Below are positions 1-9,339 of a stretch of 64,000 nucleotides of DNA, in pieces (within the stretch, counting starts at the first letter, position 1; the number at the start of each line of letters is the position of its first letter). The notes under the pieces are model-generated. The model saw nothing but the letters and a program-made list of their open reading frames with translations. It did no database searches and was not told the DNA's origin. The stretch covers positions 64,001 to 128,000 of the forward strand of contig JBFWRP010000001.1 of assembly GCA_050248855.1 (NCBI GenBank), given 5' to 3'. Position numbers and translations under genes: made by a program. The stretch is from Planctomycetota bacterium. Lineage in GTDB: Bacteria > Planctomycetota > PLA2 > JAEUHO01.

Positions 1-973
1 CGCTCGCGGGGATGGGCGTGTCCGAGCTGCCGGGGTACTCCCAGCGATCGCGCGCGCGGATGCCGTCGCTCAGCACGCACAGGTGCCAGGCGAGGGCGGG
101 TGCCGCCCCGGGGTCGCCGAGGTCGCCGAGCGCCGAAGCGGCCACCGTGCGCAGCCAGCCGTCGTCGGCGGCCAGCGCGCGCTCGAGATCCTCGCGCACG
201 CGCGTGTCGCCCAGTCGACCCAGGGCCAGCGCCGCGCGGGCAGCGCGTGGCGTCCGACCGTCGGCGCCGGGGAGGTGGTTCGCCCTGCGCAGCGCGGCGA
301 GGAGCACGTTGGCGGCGCGGCCCCGCAGCTCGTCGACGAGCCGATCGAGGCCGCGCGTCATGCGCTCGGCGTCGTCGGCCGACGCGTCGTCCAGCGCGGC
401 GAGCGCCGGCGCCTCGCGCCGCAGGAGGTCGGTCACCGCCCCCACCGGCGAGGCGATCCCCTCCGCGAGGTCGGGGTGGAACGCCAAGTCCAGCATCAAG
501 GCCTCCGCCACGGACGGCGAGGGGGGCCAGCGCCCCGTGATCCACGCGGGGTCGGTGTCGCGTGCGCCCAGCATCCACGCGGCGGTGGCGCGTGCGGCGC
601 GTCGATCGGGGGCATCGACCTCGTCGGCGCGGGGCCAGGCGTCGCGGGCCGCGGCCGTCGCGAGCGATCCCACGTCCGCTTCGGTCAAGGCGCGGACCGC
701 GAGGCCGAGCCCCACGTCGTCGTCAAACGCCGCCATGCGGGGCGCGACCTCCAGCGTGGCGACGGGGTCGGCAAGGCGCGGCTGCTCCAGGACGAGGGCC
801 GCGGCTGCCAACCGCTCGGCGCGGCTTGCCGACTCCCGTAGGAGGCGGTCGAGCGCGACGCGGGCCTGGGAGGCCGGAGCCTCGCCGGCCCACGCGGGAG
901 CACGTGGTCCGCCCGCCACGGCGCATGTCACCGCCAGCAGGCCTGCTGTCACCCAAGCGCGACGGTCATGCAT
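1..973 (-). CDS. Exported HEAT-repeat protein, 3' end runs off the window
   Basis: Hand-translated from the ATG at 973: MHDRRAWVTAGLLAVTCAVAGG (signal-like) ... AALALGRLGD ... VAASALGDLGDPGAAPALA (HEAT-like). Overlaps the stop of the upstream nucleotidyltransferase. Not in the ORF track because it is truncated. Confidence 0.7.
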   Translation of the reverse strand, partial: MHDRRAWVTAGLLAVTCAVAGGPRAPAWAGEAPASQARVALDRLLRESASRAERLAAAALVLEQPRLADPVATLEVAPRMAAFDDDVGLGLAVRALTEADVGSLATAAARDAWPRADEVDAPDRRAARATAAWMLGARDTDPAWITGRWPPSPSVAEALMLDLAFHPDLAEGIASPVGAVTDLLRREAPALAALDDASADDAERMTRGLDRLVDELRGRAANVLLAALRRANHLPGADGRTPRAARAALALGRLGDTRVREDLERALAADDGWLRTVAASALGDLGDPGAAPALAWHLCVLSDGIRARDRWEYPGSSDTPIPAS

Positions 974-2378
974 CGGTCGGCGGCTCCTGGTCAGGCACGG
1001 GGTACCGGTCCCGCACGGCGCGTACCGCGGCGTCGCGATCCACGAGGCGGCCCTCCAGCTGCTCGTCCTGGACCCAGGCGAGGATGCGTCCCATGTCGGG
1101 TCCCGGACGGTGGCCGAGCGCGAGCAGGTCCTTGCCCGTGAGCAGCGGCTCGGGGACGGCCGGCTCCGCGGCAAGCTCCGCGCGGGCGGCTTGCAGGAAG
1201 TCGAGCACGTCACGGGCTCCGTGCGAAGCGCCGCAGTCGGCGGCGTGGAGCCTGAGGTGCAGGTCGAAGTCCGGCTCGGCCAGGAAGCGACGCAGCGTGG
1301 CCCGGCGCATGTGCGGCGTGGCCGCAATGCGCATGTGCTGTCCGATCAGCGCCGCCACGCGTTCGCGTGTGCGCCGGGGGAGGCGCAGTCGCTCGAGCAG
1401 CTGCTCGGCCGCGTCCACGCCCTGCGCATCGTGGCCGTGGAACACGATGCGCCCGTCGGGTTCGCGCCGGAACGTGGTGGGCTTGGCGACGTCGTGCAAG
1501 AGCGCGGCCCAGAGCAGGACCTCCTCGGCGCGACGCGCCTCGGCCTCGGCCTCCACGTCGTCCTCGGCGGCGGCGGGTCGGGGCGGGAATCGCGTGCCGT
1601 CCAGCACCAAGGCGGTGTGCACGAACACGTCCCCCTCGGGATGCCAGCGCGGTGGCTGGGGCACGCCGCGCATGGCCTCGATCTCGGGCAGCACGACGGG
1701 CAGGAGGCGCAGGTCGCGAAGGAGCCGCAGCGCGCGGCCGCGACCGTGGCGCAGGATCTTCCCCAGCTCGTCGCGCACGCGCTCGGCCGACACCTCGGCG
1801 ACACGCGGCGCCATGTCGCGCACCGCGGCTTGCGTACCGGGCTCCAGCGCGAACCCCAGCTGCAGGGCGAACCGCGCGGCGCGCAGGATCCGCAGGTGGT
1901 CCTCCTCGAAGCGATCGTGCGCGTCGCCGATGGCGCGCAGCAAGCGGGCTGCGAGGTCCGCGCGACCGCCGACGTGGTCGTGGATCGCGCCGGTCTCCGG
2001 GTCTTCGAACAACCCGTTGACCGTGAAGTCGCGGCGCGTGGCGTCCGTGGGCGCGTCGCTGAACGTGACGTCGTCCGGCCGGCGCCCGTCCACGTAGCAG
2101 CCGTCCGCGCGGAACGTCGCCACCTCGACGGGGCCGGCGGGCCGCGGGATCACGAGGACGCCGAACTTCGCGCCCACGGTCACCGCTTCGGGGAAGAGCG
2201 CCTCCCCCACCTCGGGGCGCGCACTGGTGGCGATGTCCACGTCCAGCGGCGCTCGCCCGAGCAAGCGGTCGCGGACGGCGCCGCCGCAGAGGAGGGCCTC
2301 GTGCCCCGCGTCCCGCAGGCGACGGGCAACGCCCCGGGCTTCCTCCATGCGGCGATGGGCCAGCGGCTCGTGGCTCAT
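966..2378 (-). CDS. CCA tRNA nucleotidyltransferase / poly(A) polymerase family protein with HD domain
   Basis: Motifs GGAVRD..DVDIAT, RRDFTVN, EDHLRILRAARF, SAERVRDEL, HPEGDVFVHT, LLHDVAKP. Confidence 0.95.
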   Translation of the reverse strand: MSHEPLAHRRMEEARGVARRLRDAGHEALLCGGAVRDRLLGRAPLDVDIATSARPEVGEALFPEAVTVGAKFGVLVIPRPAGPVEVATFRADGCYVDGRRPDDVTFSDAPTDATRRDFTVNGLFEDPETGAIHDHVGGRADLAARLLRAIGDAHDRFEEDHLRILRAARFALQLGFALEPGTQAAVRDMAPRVAEVSAERVRDELGKILRHGRGRALRLLRDLRLLPVVLPEIEAMRGVPQPPRWHPEGDVFVHTALVLDGTRFPPRPAAAEDDVEAEAEARRAEEVLLWAALLHDVAKPTTFRREPDGRIVFHGHDAQGVDAAEQLLERLRLPRRTRERVAALIGQHMRIAATPHMRRATLRRFLAEPDFDLHLRLHAADCGASHGARDVLDFLQAARAELAAEPAVPEPLLTGKDLLALGHRPGPDMGRILAWVQDEQLEGRLVDRDAAVRAVRDRYPVPDQEPPTDA

Positions 2379-2454
2379 GCCGCCTTCCGGCGGTCGATCG
2401 GTGGGAGGGTGGGCGCTCGCACGGGCCGATTGAACCCCGCCGACGAGCCCGATC

Positions 2455-4707
2455 CTACGAGCCGGCCTGCTCCGGTGCGGTCGGCGTCAGGGCGTCCGCG
2501 AGCGCCTGGAGCTCGCTGCGCACCTCCGCGGGCCAGTGGCCGCCGCCGTAGCGGACGTGTTCCTCCCAGGCCGTCAGGCGACGCAGGGAGCGGGCAGCGC
2601 GCGGGTGGCGCGTTGCCGCCTGCGTCTCGAGCTCGCGCGGCGTGGCCGACGGGGCCCGGCGGACGCCACGAGCCCGCAGCAGGGCCAGCATCTCCGCGTA
2701 CGGGCCCGTCGGGCCGGCGGCCTTCGTCGCGGGCGCACGCCGACCCGAACGCCGCCGGGCGAGGCGCAGCGCGACGAGGGCGAGGAGCACGACCAGGGGG
2801 ACGCCGGCCCACGCGCTCTGCGGACCGAAGAGGAGGGCCAGCAGGCGCTCGCCGCGCTTGGCGACGCTCGTCCAGAGCCCTGTCCAGCCCTCGCGGTCCA
2901 AGTCGAACCAAGGGGCCTCGCCTCGTCCACCCTGGACTTCCACGGTGTGCGTCTGGGCGTCGACCGCGCGACGATCCGGAGGCGTGGGGTTGAGGGGAAC
3001 CCAGCCGGCTCCATCGAGGTAGATCTCGGCCCAGGCGTGATAGTGCGTGCCGCGCATGACGAGGCTGCGCCGCTCGTCGCTGGTGGCGTCGCCGCCCCAG
3101 AACCCGCGCACGTAACGAGCGGGATGCCCCAGGCTGCGGAGCAGCACCACGAGGGACGTGGCGTAGCACTCGCAGTGCCCCTGCCGCACGCGGAACAGGA
3201 AGTCCGCCACGCGACGGCTGGGGTCGAGCGGCGGCTGCGCGAGGCTGTACACGAACTCGGGTCCGCGCAGCCACGCCTCCAGGCGCTGCGCCCGCAGCCA
3301 CGGGTCCATCTCGCTCCCGACGACCTCGCGGGCCAACGGCAGTACCTCGGCCCGGAGGTCGTCGGGGAGCTGCAGCCACGCGCGCAACGGGCTGACCGCC
3401 GCGTCGCTCCTGCGTCCGCCAAGCCACGGCGTGTCTCGCGGCAGCGGTCGCGAGGTCTGGCGGATCTCGTCGCCTGCCTCGACGCGACGTGCAGCCGTCC
3501 ACGTACCGTCGTCACGGCGGCGGACCCCTTCGCGCGTGATCGTGCGTCCGGCGCGATGGATCGAGACGTCCAGCACCTGCTCCTCGAGGAACAGGCGGCG
3601 GTGCCCGCCTTGCAGGACCTCGATCGAGAGCCGTCGGGGCGTACCGGGGCCCGGCCGCTCGTCCACCACGACCTCGCCCGCGGCGTTCGCGCGGTAGAGC
3701 AGCGGATCGCGCACGAGCGCTTCGGGTGCTCGCCAGCTGCCGTCGCTGGCCACCTGCGAGAGTGCGTTCTCGCGCAGCACGACGTCGCGCGGCGCGCCGA
3801 TCTCGTCGAGGAGCCGGACTTCGAAGAACGGCCGCGCCGAGGCCTGGATCCGCGCAACGCCCCCGAACGGCACGACGGCCGCGTCGGCGTTGTCCCGTAG
3901 ATCGGGACCCGTGACGCCCGTGCGCCCGCCCTCGCGCGAGCCGACGCGGGCATCTTCCTCCGCGAAGGGCGAGGGGCCCGTCTCGGCCGTGGCCACCTCG
4001 CGCACCCAGGTGGCGAGGCCGCGCGGTGCGAGCGCGTAGAGCAACAGCGTCAGGGGCAGCGCCACGACGAGGAAGCGGAGCGCGAACCCCGCGAGGGGAC
4101 GGAGCCCCGGCGCCGCGCCCTCGGCGACGAGCCTGCGCACGCCCGGCACCTCGCGTCCGCGCACGGTGGCCGGGTCGCGTTCCAACAGCAGGACCGTCCA
4201 GCCGAGCGCACTTGCGAAGGCCAGCACGACGAGCAGGCCGAGGGCGCCCGGCCATGCGGCCACCGAGGCGACGACCTGCACGGCAGCAAGGAACAGGACG
4301 AGGTACGCCGCCGTCGGCCGCGGTGTACGCACGAGCAGGCCGATCTGCGCGACGCCGAGCAGCACCAGGAGCGTGGCGTAGGCGCGCTCGGGGACGTCGC
4401 GAAGCACGTGCAGCGCACCGAGCACGAGGACGGGCGCCAGCGCTGCGGCCAGGCGCGGCCCCCAGCGCCCGGCCAACAACGGCCCGTCGGCGCCCCTCCG
4501 TCGCAGCGCCCGGACCAGCACGGGCAGCGCGACGAGCGCCGGGAGGGCCCGCGGCACGCCGGGCACGACCAGCCCGAGCGCCGTCGCCGCGACGGCCACG
4601 AGGTGCGCGCTGGTCCGTGCCGGTCCGGACAGGACTCCGCGTACGAGGCGCGTCGCGCCGCGTTCCGCGTGTGCGGCGTGCGGGTGGGCCGGCGCGGAGA
4701 CGCTCAC
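2455..4707 (-). CDS. TgpA-like membrane transglutaminase-domain protein (DUF3488 + Transglut_core)
   Basis: Multiple N-terminal TM helices. Catalytic motifs GHCECYAT, HAWAEIY and W..LNPT. GTG start overlaps the DUF58 stop. Confidence 0.85.
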   Translation of the reverse strand: MSVSAPAHPHAAHAERGATRLVRGVLSGPARTSAHLVAVAATALGLVVPGVPRALPALVALPVLVRALRRRGADGPLLAGRWGPRLAAALAPVLVLGALHVLRDVPERAYATLLVLLGVAQIGLLVRTPRPTAAYLVLFLAAVQVVASVAAWPGALGLLVVLAFASALGWTVLLLERDPATVRGREVPGVRRLVAEGAAPGLRPLAGFALRFLVVALPLTLLLYALAPRGLATWVREVATAETGPSPFAEEDARVGSREGGRTGVTGPDLRDNADAAVVPFGGVARIQASARPFFEVRLLDEIGAPRDVVLRENALSQVASDGSWRAPEALVRDPLLYRANAAGEVVVDERPGPGTPRRLSIEVLQGGHRRLFLEEQVLDVSIHRAGRTITREGVRRRDDGTWTAARRVEAGDEIRQTSRPLPRDTPWLGGRRSDAAVSPLRAWLQLPDDLRAEVLPLAREVVGSEMDPWLRAQRLEAWLRGPEFVYSLAQPPLDPSRRVADFLFRVRQGHCECYATSLVVLLRSLGHPARYVRGFWGGDATSDERRSLVMRGTHYHAWAEIYLDGAGWVPLNPTPPDRRAVDAQTHTVEVQGGRGEAPWFDLDREGWTGLWTSVAKRGERLLALLFGPQSAWAGVPLVVLLALVALRLARRRSGRRAPATKAAGPTGPYAEMLALLRARGVRRAPSATPRELETQAATRHPRAARSLRRLTAWEEHVRYGGGHWPAEVRSELQALADALTPTAPEQAGS

Positions 4708-6047
4708 GCGAGCCCCTCCACCCACGGCGCAAGGAGGGCAGCGTCCTCGCCCGGAACGACCAGCGAGCGGCCGTGCCGGCCCACCAGGCGCCTCAGCCCG
4801 TCTGCGAGACCCGGCTCCGGGCGGGAGGTGACGTAGACCACCGCGGTGCCCGGTCGCGGCGGCTGCGCCTTGAGGGCGCCGCGGGGGCGCCTTCCACCAC
4901 GGGCCACGACGGCGAGCGCGTCCAGGCCCTGGGCGAGCGGGCGGGCCAGGGCTCCGTCCCGACGCCGTGTCACGCCGCTGCGGCCCCGGTCGAGGACGAG
5001 ACGTGCAGGGCGACCGCTGGACAGCAACGCGCGCCACAACGTGGCGGTGGCGCGCACGGCGCGTTCGAAGTCCGAGCTGGTGCCTCCGGCGCCGAGCACG
5101 AGCGTGACCTCCTGGCCCTGGGCGCCGCGCCACTCCGTGACGATGGGCTCGCCTCGACGCGCCGACGTGCGTGCGTGGACGCGACGAAGGTCATCGCCCT
5201 CGCGCCACGCCCGGACGCCGTGGAGCTCTTCCTCGGTGCGGGCACGCGCATCGAGAGCGAGCGGGTCCTGGGGGCCGCTGGCCAGCCACGCACGAAACCG
5301 CGGACCGGGACGTCCTTCGCTCGGTCGCACCACGAGGCGATCCACGAGAGGCAGCGTCACGTTGCATCGGACCAAGCCCAACGGGAAGCGACTCGTGACG
5401 CGGGGGCCGCGCAAGGTGACGTGCCCGCGCTGGCGCCACGTCACGTTGGTCGTGATCGTCGTCGAGGCGCCGCCCGGGAGGTGCGGCACGTCGACCTCGA
5501 TCGCGCGCGGCATCGAACCGCCGCCGGGGCGGTCCACCACCTTGAGGCCCAGCGCGCCGCGCCGGGCCTCGCGCTTCACCGTCCAGGCCAACGTCGCGGG
5601 TCGCCCCACCGTGGCGCGGGACGGCACGCTGCGGCGCACGCTGATGCCCTCGACGTTGGTACGTGCCAGCCGACGCGCCCACCAGGTCGCGGCCAGGATC
5701 GCGCAGGCCAGCAGCAGGAGCGGATTGCGCCCCAGCACCAGGGCCATCACCGCGAAGCCGAAGCCGCCCCACAGGTAGACCGCCCCCTCCTTCGTGAAGC
5801 GGCGCTCGAACACGGGCTCGAGGGGTCCGCTGGAGCGAGGTGCGCGCGACGACGCCGTCCCCCGGAGGGCGTCCGCGACCCGCCCGCGCCGGGCGCCCCT
5901 GCTGCGAGGCTCATCGCCTCCCGAGCCAGTGCCTCCGGGGCCAGTGCCTCCGGGGCCAGTGCCTCCCCGGCTCGTGCGCGCCAGCCGCGGGCCGCGCAGG
6001 GGCAGCGCGTCGTGGCCGGGCGCTCGGTCGAGGGCGAGGGCGCACAC
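4704..6047 (-). CDS. DUF58 domain protein (start uncertain: GTG 6047 or GTG 5813)
   Basis: FTKEG + two TM helices, RGHVTL...SRFPLGL, ELHGVRAWREGDDLRRVHARTSAR, FERAV. Typical neighbour of transglutaminase genes. TATACT -10 on the minus strand at 6087-6092. Confidence 0.8.
   Translation of the reverse strand: MCALALDRAPGHDALPLRGPRLARTSRGGTGPGGTGPGGTGSGGDEPRSRGARRGRVADALRGTASSRAPRSSGPLEPVFERRFTKEGAVYLWGGFGFAVMALVLGRNPLLLLACAILAATWWARRLARTNVEGISVRRSVPSRATVGRPATLAWTVKREARRGALGLKVVDRPGGGSMPRAIEVDVPHLPGGASTTITTNVTWRQRGHVTLRGPRVTSRFPLGLVRCNVTLPLVDRLVVRPSEGRPGPRFRAWLASGPQDPLALDARARTEEELHGVRAWREGDDLRRVHARTSARRGEPIVTEWRGAQGQEVTLVLGAGGTSSDFERAVRATATLWRALLSSGRPARLVLDRGRSGVTRRRDGALARPLAQGLDALAVVARGGRRPRGALKAQPPRPGTAVVYVTSRPEPGLADGLRRLVGRHGRSLVVPGEDAALLAPWVEGLA
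5926..5968. repeat. 15-bp tandem repeat x~3 (ccagtgcctccgggg)
   Basis: Read directly. Would encode GGTGP repeats if DUF58 starts at 6047. Confidence 0.85.
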
Positions 6048-6175
6048 GCGGATCGGTGCTCCACGGCCCGGTCCCGGGCCCGCCGGAGTATACGTCTCGA
6101 CCAGCGCCGGGTTCGCCCGGCGGCCACATGCCCACGTCGCGCCTGGCGGGCGTGCAGGGCGCGGGAGAGCACGGC

Positions 6176-6841
6176 ATGGCGGTCGACGCACGGCGGCGAG
6201 AACGAACCTGGCCGTTCGTGCTCGTGCTGCTGGGCACGCTGGCCTACGCCGCCTGGCTGCTTCGAGGCCATGCCGCCGAGGGCCGCGCCCAGTCCTCTCG
6301 CGAGGACGCGGCCCACGAGGCCCTGGTGGCGTTGCGCGACGCCGAGCTGGAGCGTCGCGCTGCGCTCGGCCGCTTCGCGACGCTCGCGGAGCTGGCGTCG
6401 GAGTCGCGCCTGCCGAGCGGATTGGGCGTGACGGACGACGAGGGCGAGCCGCACGTTCTCGTGCCCGGATATCGGCTCGACGTCCTGCTGCCGTGGCGCC
6501 TGGAAGGCGGGCGACTCGTTCGCGTGGCGCGCCCTGCGCGACACGCCCCGGACCCGGAGCTGGCAGCTCGGCACATGATGGTCGTCGCACGGCCGCTACG
6601 TCCGGCTCGCGACGGGTATCGCACGTACGCCACGGACGAGTCCGGGCTCGTCTGGGTATCCGAGGGCGTCTCGGACGACGTGACCGCGGCGCGCAACCCC
6701 CTGCCCGACGCCCATCTGTCGACATCGGCCATCGCCGACACCTCGGGCCGCGTCTGGCACCGCTTGGACCGCCTCGTTCCCTTCGGCGACGAGCGCGGCG
6801 AACGCGATGACCGCGACCACGGCGACGAGCGCGGCGAGTAG
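6176..6841 (+). CDS. Membrane-anchored hypothetical protein, pilin/pseudopilin-like
   Basis: N-terminal TM, then A..AL..L..AE....GRFATLAEL helix and G.RTYATDESG motif resembling pilin-like globular domains. GGAGAG RBS. No GFTLIE prepilin motif. Confidence 0.55.
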   Translation: MAVDARRRERTWPFVLVLLGTLAYAAWLLRGHAAEGRAQSSREDAAHEALVALRDAELERRAALGRFATLAELASESRLPSGLGVTDDEGEPHVLVPGYRLDVLLPWRLEGGRLVRVARPARHAPDPELAARHMMVVARPLRPARDGYRTYATDESGLVWVSEGVSDDVTAARNPLPDAHLSTSAIADTSGRVWHRLDRLVPFGDERGERDDRDHGDERGE

Positions 6842-6961
6842 ACCCCCGGAGCCTGCGGGCGGCCCGAGGCCGGGCAGGGACCCGGGCTGGGCGGGGGGTG
6901 CGCGGGTGTGTGGCCTGCCTGGCCAGGCCGGCGCCCGAGCCGGGGATGCGTTCCCAGGCTC

Positions 6962-7996
6962 TCAGGCGTCGAGGAAGCGTACGCCCCGCGCACCGGCCGC
7001 CGTGTGACCCAGGCGCCAGGCGTCCTCGCCCGCTTCGCGCAGCACCGCGACGGCCTTGTCGGCCTGGGCCTCGTCCACGACCACGACGAGGCCGCAGCCC
7101 ATGTTGAAGACGTGCCAGGCTTCGGCGGCGTCGATGCCCGTGCGCTCGACGATCCAGCGGAAGACGGGGTTGGGCGCGAAGGACGAGCGATCGACCACCG
7201 CCTCGACGCCTTCGGGCAGCACACGCGGCACGTTGTCCTCGAGGCCGCCGCCGGTGATGTGGGCCAAGCCGCGGATCGCGACGACCTTGCGCAGCGCGCG
7301 GATGGGAGCCAGGTACGAGCGATGCGGTCGGCACAGCGCGTCGGCGAGCGTCTCGTTCCAGCCTTCGGGCGTGGTCGCCAGGTCGATGGCGTCGCGTTCG
7401 ATCAGGCGGTTGACCAGCGAGTAGCCGTTCGTGTGCAGGCCATTGGAGCGCACGCCGATCAGGGCCTGGCCCGGGGCGATGCCCCGCGGCCAGACCTCGT
7501 CGGCTTCGACCACGCCGACGAGGAAGCCCACCAGGTCCATCTCGCCGGGCAGGTAGGTCCCCGGCATCTCGGCGGTCTCGCCACCGAGCAAGGCGGCTCC
7601 CGCGGCGCGGCAGGCCTCGACCAGTCCGGTCAGCACGTCCTCGAACTGGTGCGGGTCCAGGTGGCTGGCCGCGAGGTAGTCCAGGAAGAACAGGGGCTCG
7701 GCGCCCTGCACGAGCACGTCGTTGACGCAGTGGTTGACGATGTCGTGGCCGAGCCCCTTCAGGCGGCCGGCTCGGAGCGCCAAGCGTGTCTTGGTCCCGA
7801 CGCCGTCGTTGCTGGCCACCAGGATGGGATGGCGCATGCCCTCGAAGCGGCCGCTGAACATGCCGCCGAAGGCGCCGAGCTCGTGCCGGACCCCTGGCCC
7901 GAACGTGGTGCGCACGAGCGCGCCGATGTCGCGGAGCATGCGCCCCTTCTTGTCGATGTCCACGCCTGCGTCGCGATAGGTGAGCCGACTCGTCAT
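6962..7996 (-). CDS. purM: Phosphoribosylformylglycinamidine cyclo-ligase (AIR synthetase)
   Basis: YRDAGVDI, DGVGTK, GAEPLFFLDY, GGETAEMPG, SNGLHTNGYSL, HITGGG, FNMGCG. Confidence 0.97.
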   Translation of the reverse strand: MTSRLTYRDAGVDIDKKGRMLRDIGALVRTTFGPGVRHELGAFGGMFSGRFEGMRHPILVASNDGVGTKTRLALRAGRLKGLGHDIVNHCVNDVLVQGAEPLFFLDYLAASHLDPHQFEDVLTGLVEACRAAGAALLGGETAEMPGTYLPGEMDLVGFLVGVVEADEVWPRGIAPGQALIGVRSNGLHTNGYSLVNRLIERDAIDLATTPEGWNETLADALCRPHRSYLAPIRALRKVVAIRGLAHITGGGLEDNVPRVLPEGVEAVVDRSSFAPNPVFRWIVERTGIDAAEAWHVFNMGCGLVVVVDEAQADKAVAVLREAGEDAWRLGHTAAGARGVRFLDA

Positions 7997-8133
7997 GGGC
8001 CGGAAGGTAGCGCCGGGGACCCCGCTCGCCCCCCTTCGGACGCCTGATCGGGCCATGAGCGCACGGCGTGGCGTGCCCGGTCGTCGGGCCGACGAGGACG
8101 GGCGGGCCGGGAGTCCGGCGGTATCGTGGCCCG

Positions 8134-9339
8134 GTGCCCGAGCCCACCGCCCCCACCGCGGCCCGCGGGCCAAAGCTGCGCCAGCGCGTGGCCGTGCTCG
8201 GCGCCACGGGCTCCGTCGGGGGCGCGGCCCTGGACGTGCTGGAGCAGGAGCGCGCCCGCTTCCGCACGATCGTGCTGGCGGCGTCCACGCAGGGCGACGC
8301 GCTGCTTGCCGCCGCCCGCCGCGTGGGCGCCCCCCGCATCGTCCTCGCGGATCCTGCCGCCGGCCAGGCGCTGGCCGCGCGCTTGCGCCCCGGCGATCCC
8401 GAGCTGTCCTTCGGTCCGGAGGCCGTGCGCGACGCCGCGGCGGCCCCCGACATCGACGTCGTCGTGCAGGGCATCACGGGTGCGGCAGGGCTCGAAGCCA
8501 GCCTCGCCGCGGCACGCTCCGGCAAGCGCATCGCCCTGGCCAACAAGGAGAGCCTCGTCGTGGCGGGGCCCCTCCTCGTGCGCGCGGCGCGTGAAGGGGG
8601 AGCGACCCTGCTGCCGGTGGACAGCGAACACGCCGCGCTCCACCAGGCGCTGCGCGCCGGCCGCCCCGAGGAGGTGCGGCGCCTGGTCCTGACGGCGTCC
8701 GGCGGGCCCTTCCGCGGCAAGCGCCGCGAGGACCTCCTCCACGTCACGCCGGCCCAAGCCCTCGCCCACCCGACCTGGACGATGGGCCCACGGATCACCG
8801 TCGACAGCGCCACCCTCATGAACAAGGCCCTCGAGGTCATCGAGGCCCGCTGGCTGTTCGACGTGGAGCCCGAGCGCATCGAGGTCGTGGTCCATCCGCA
8901 GAGCGTGGTCCACTCCCTGGTCGAGTTCGTGGACGGCAGCGTGGTGGCCCAGATGGGACCGCCCGACATGCGCCTGCCGGTGCGCTACGCGCTGGGCTGG
9001 CCGGACCGCTTGGTCGCATCGGCGCCGCGCTTCGACCCGGCCGACTACGCCCGCCTGACCTTCGAGCCGCCCGACACGGAGACCTTCCCCGCCCTCGGGC
9101 TAGGATTCGAGGCCGCCCGTCGCGGCGGGACCGCCGGAGCCGCCCTCAACGCGGCCGACGAGGCCGCCGTTGCGCGGTTCCTGGCCGGCGACCTGGCCTT
9201 TCTCGACATCACCCGCGTCGTGGCCGACGTCCTGGCCCGCCACCCGTTCGTCGCCGAGCCCGACCTCGCCGACCTGCGTGCCGTGGACGCCTGGGCCCGC
9301 ACGGAGACTGCTCTCGCATGCGAACGCGCCGTTCCCTGA
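8134..9339 (+). CDS. dxr: 1-deoxy-D-xylulose 5-phosphate reductoisomerase
   Basis: LGATGSVG, LANKESLV, LPVDSEH, LTASGGPF, HPTWTMGPRITVDSATLMNKALE. Confidence 0.97.
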   Translation: MPEPTAPTAARGPKLRQRVAVLGATGSVGGAALDVLEQERARFRTIVLAASTQGDALLAAARRVGAPRIVLADPAAGQALAARLRPGDPELSFGPEAVRDAAAAPDIDVVVQGITGAAGLEASLAAARSGKRIALANKESLVVAGPLLVRAAREGGATLLPVDSEHAALHQALRAGRPEEVRRLVLTASGGPFRGKRREDLLHVTPAQALAHPTWTMGPRITVDSATLMNKALEVIEARWLFDVEPERIEVVVHPQSVVHSLVEFVDGSVVAQMGPPDMRLPVRYALGWPDRLVASAPRFDPADYARLTFEPPDTETFPALGLGFEAARRGGTAGAALNAADEAAVARFLAGDLAFLDITRVVADVLARHPFVAEPDLADLRAVDAWARTETALACERAVP

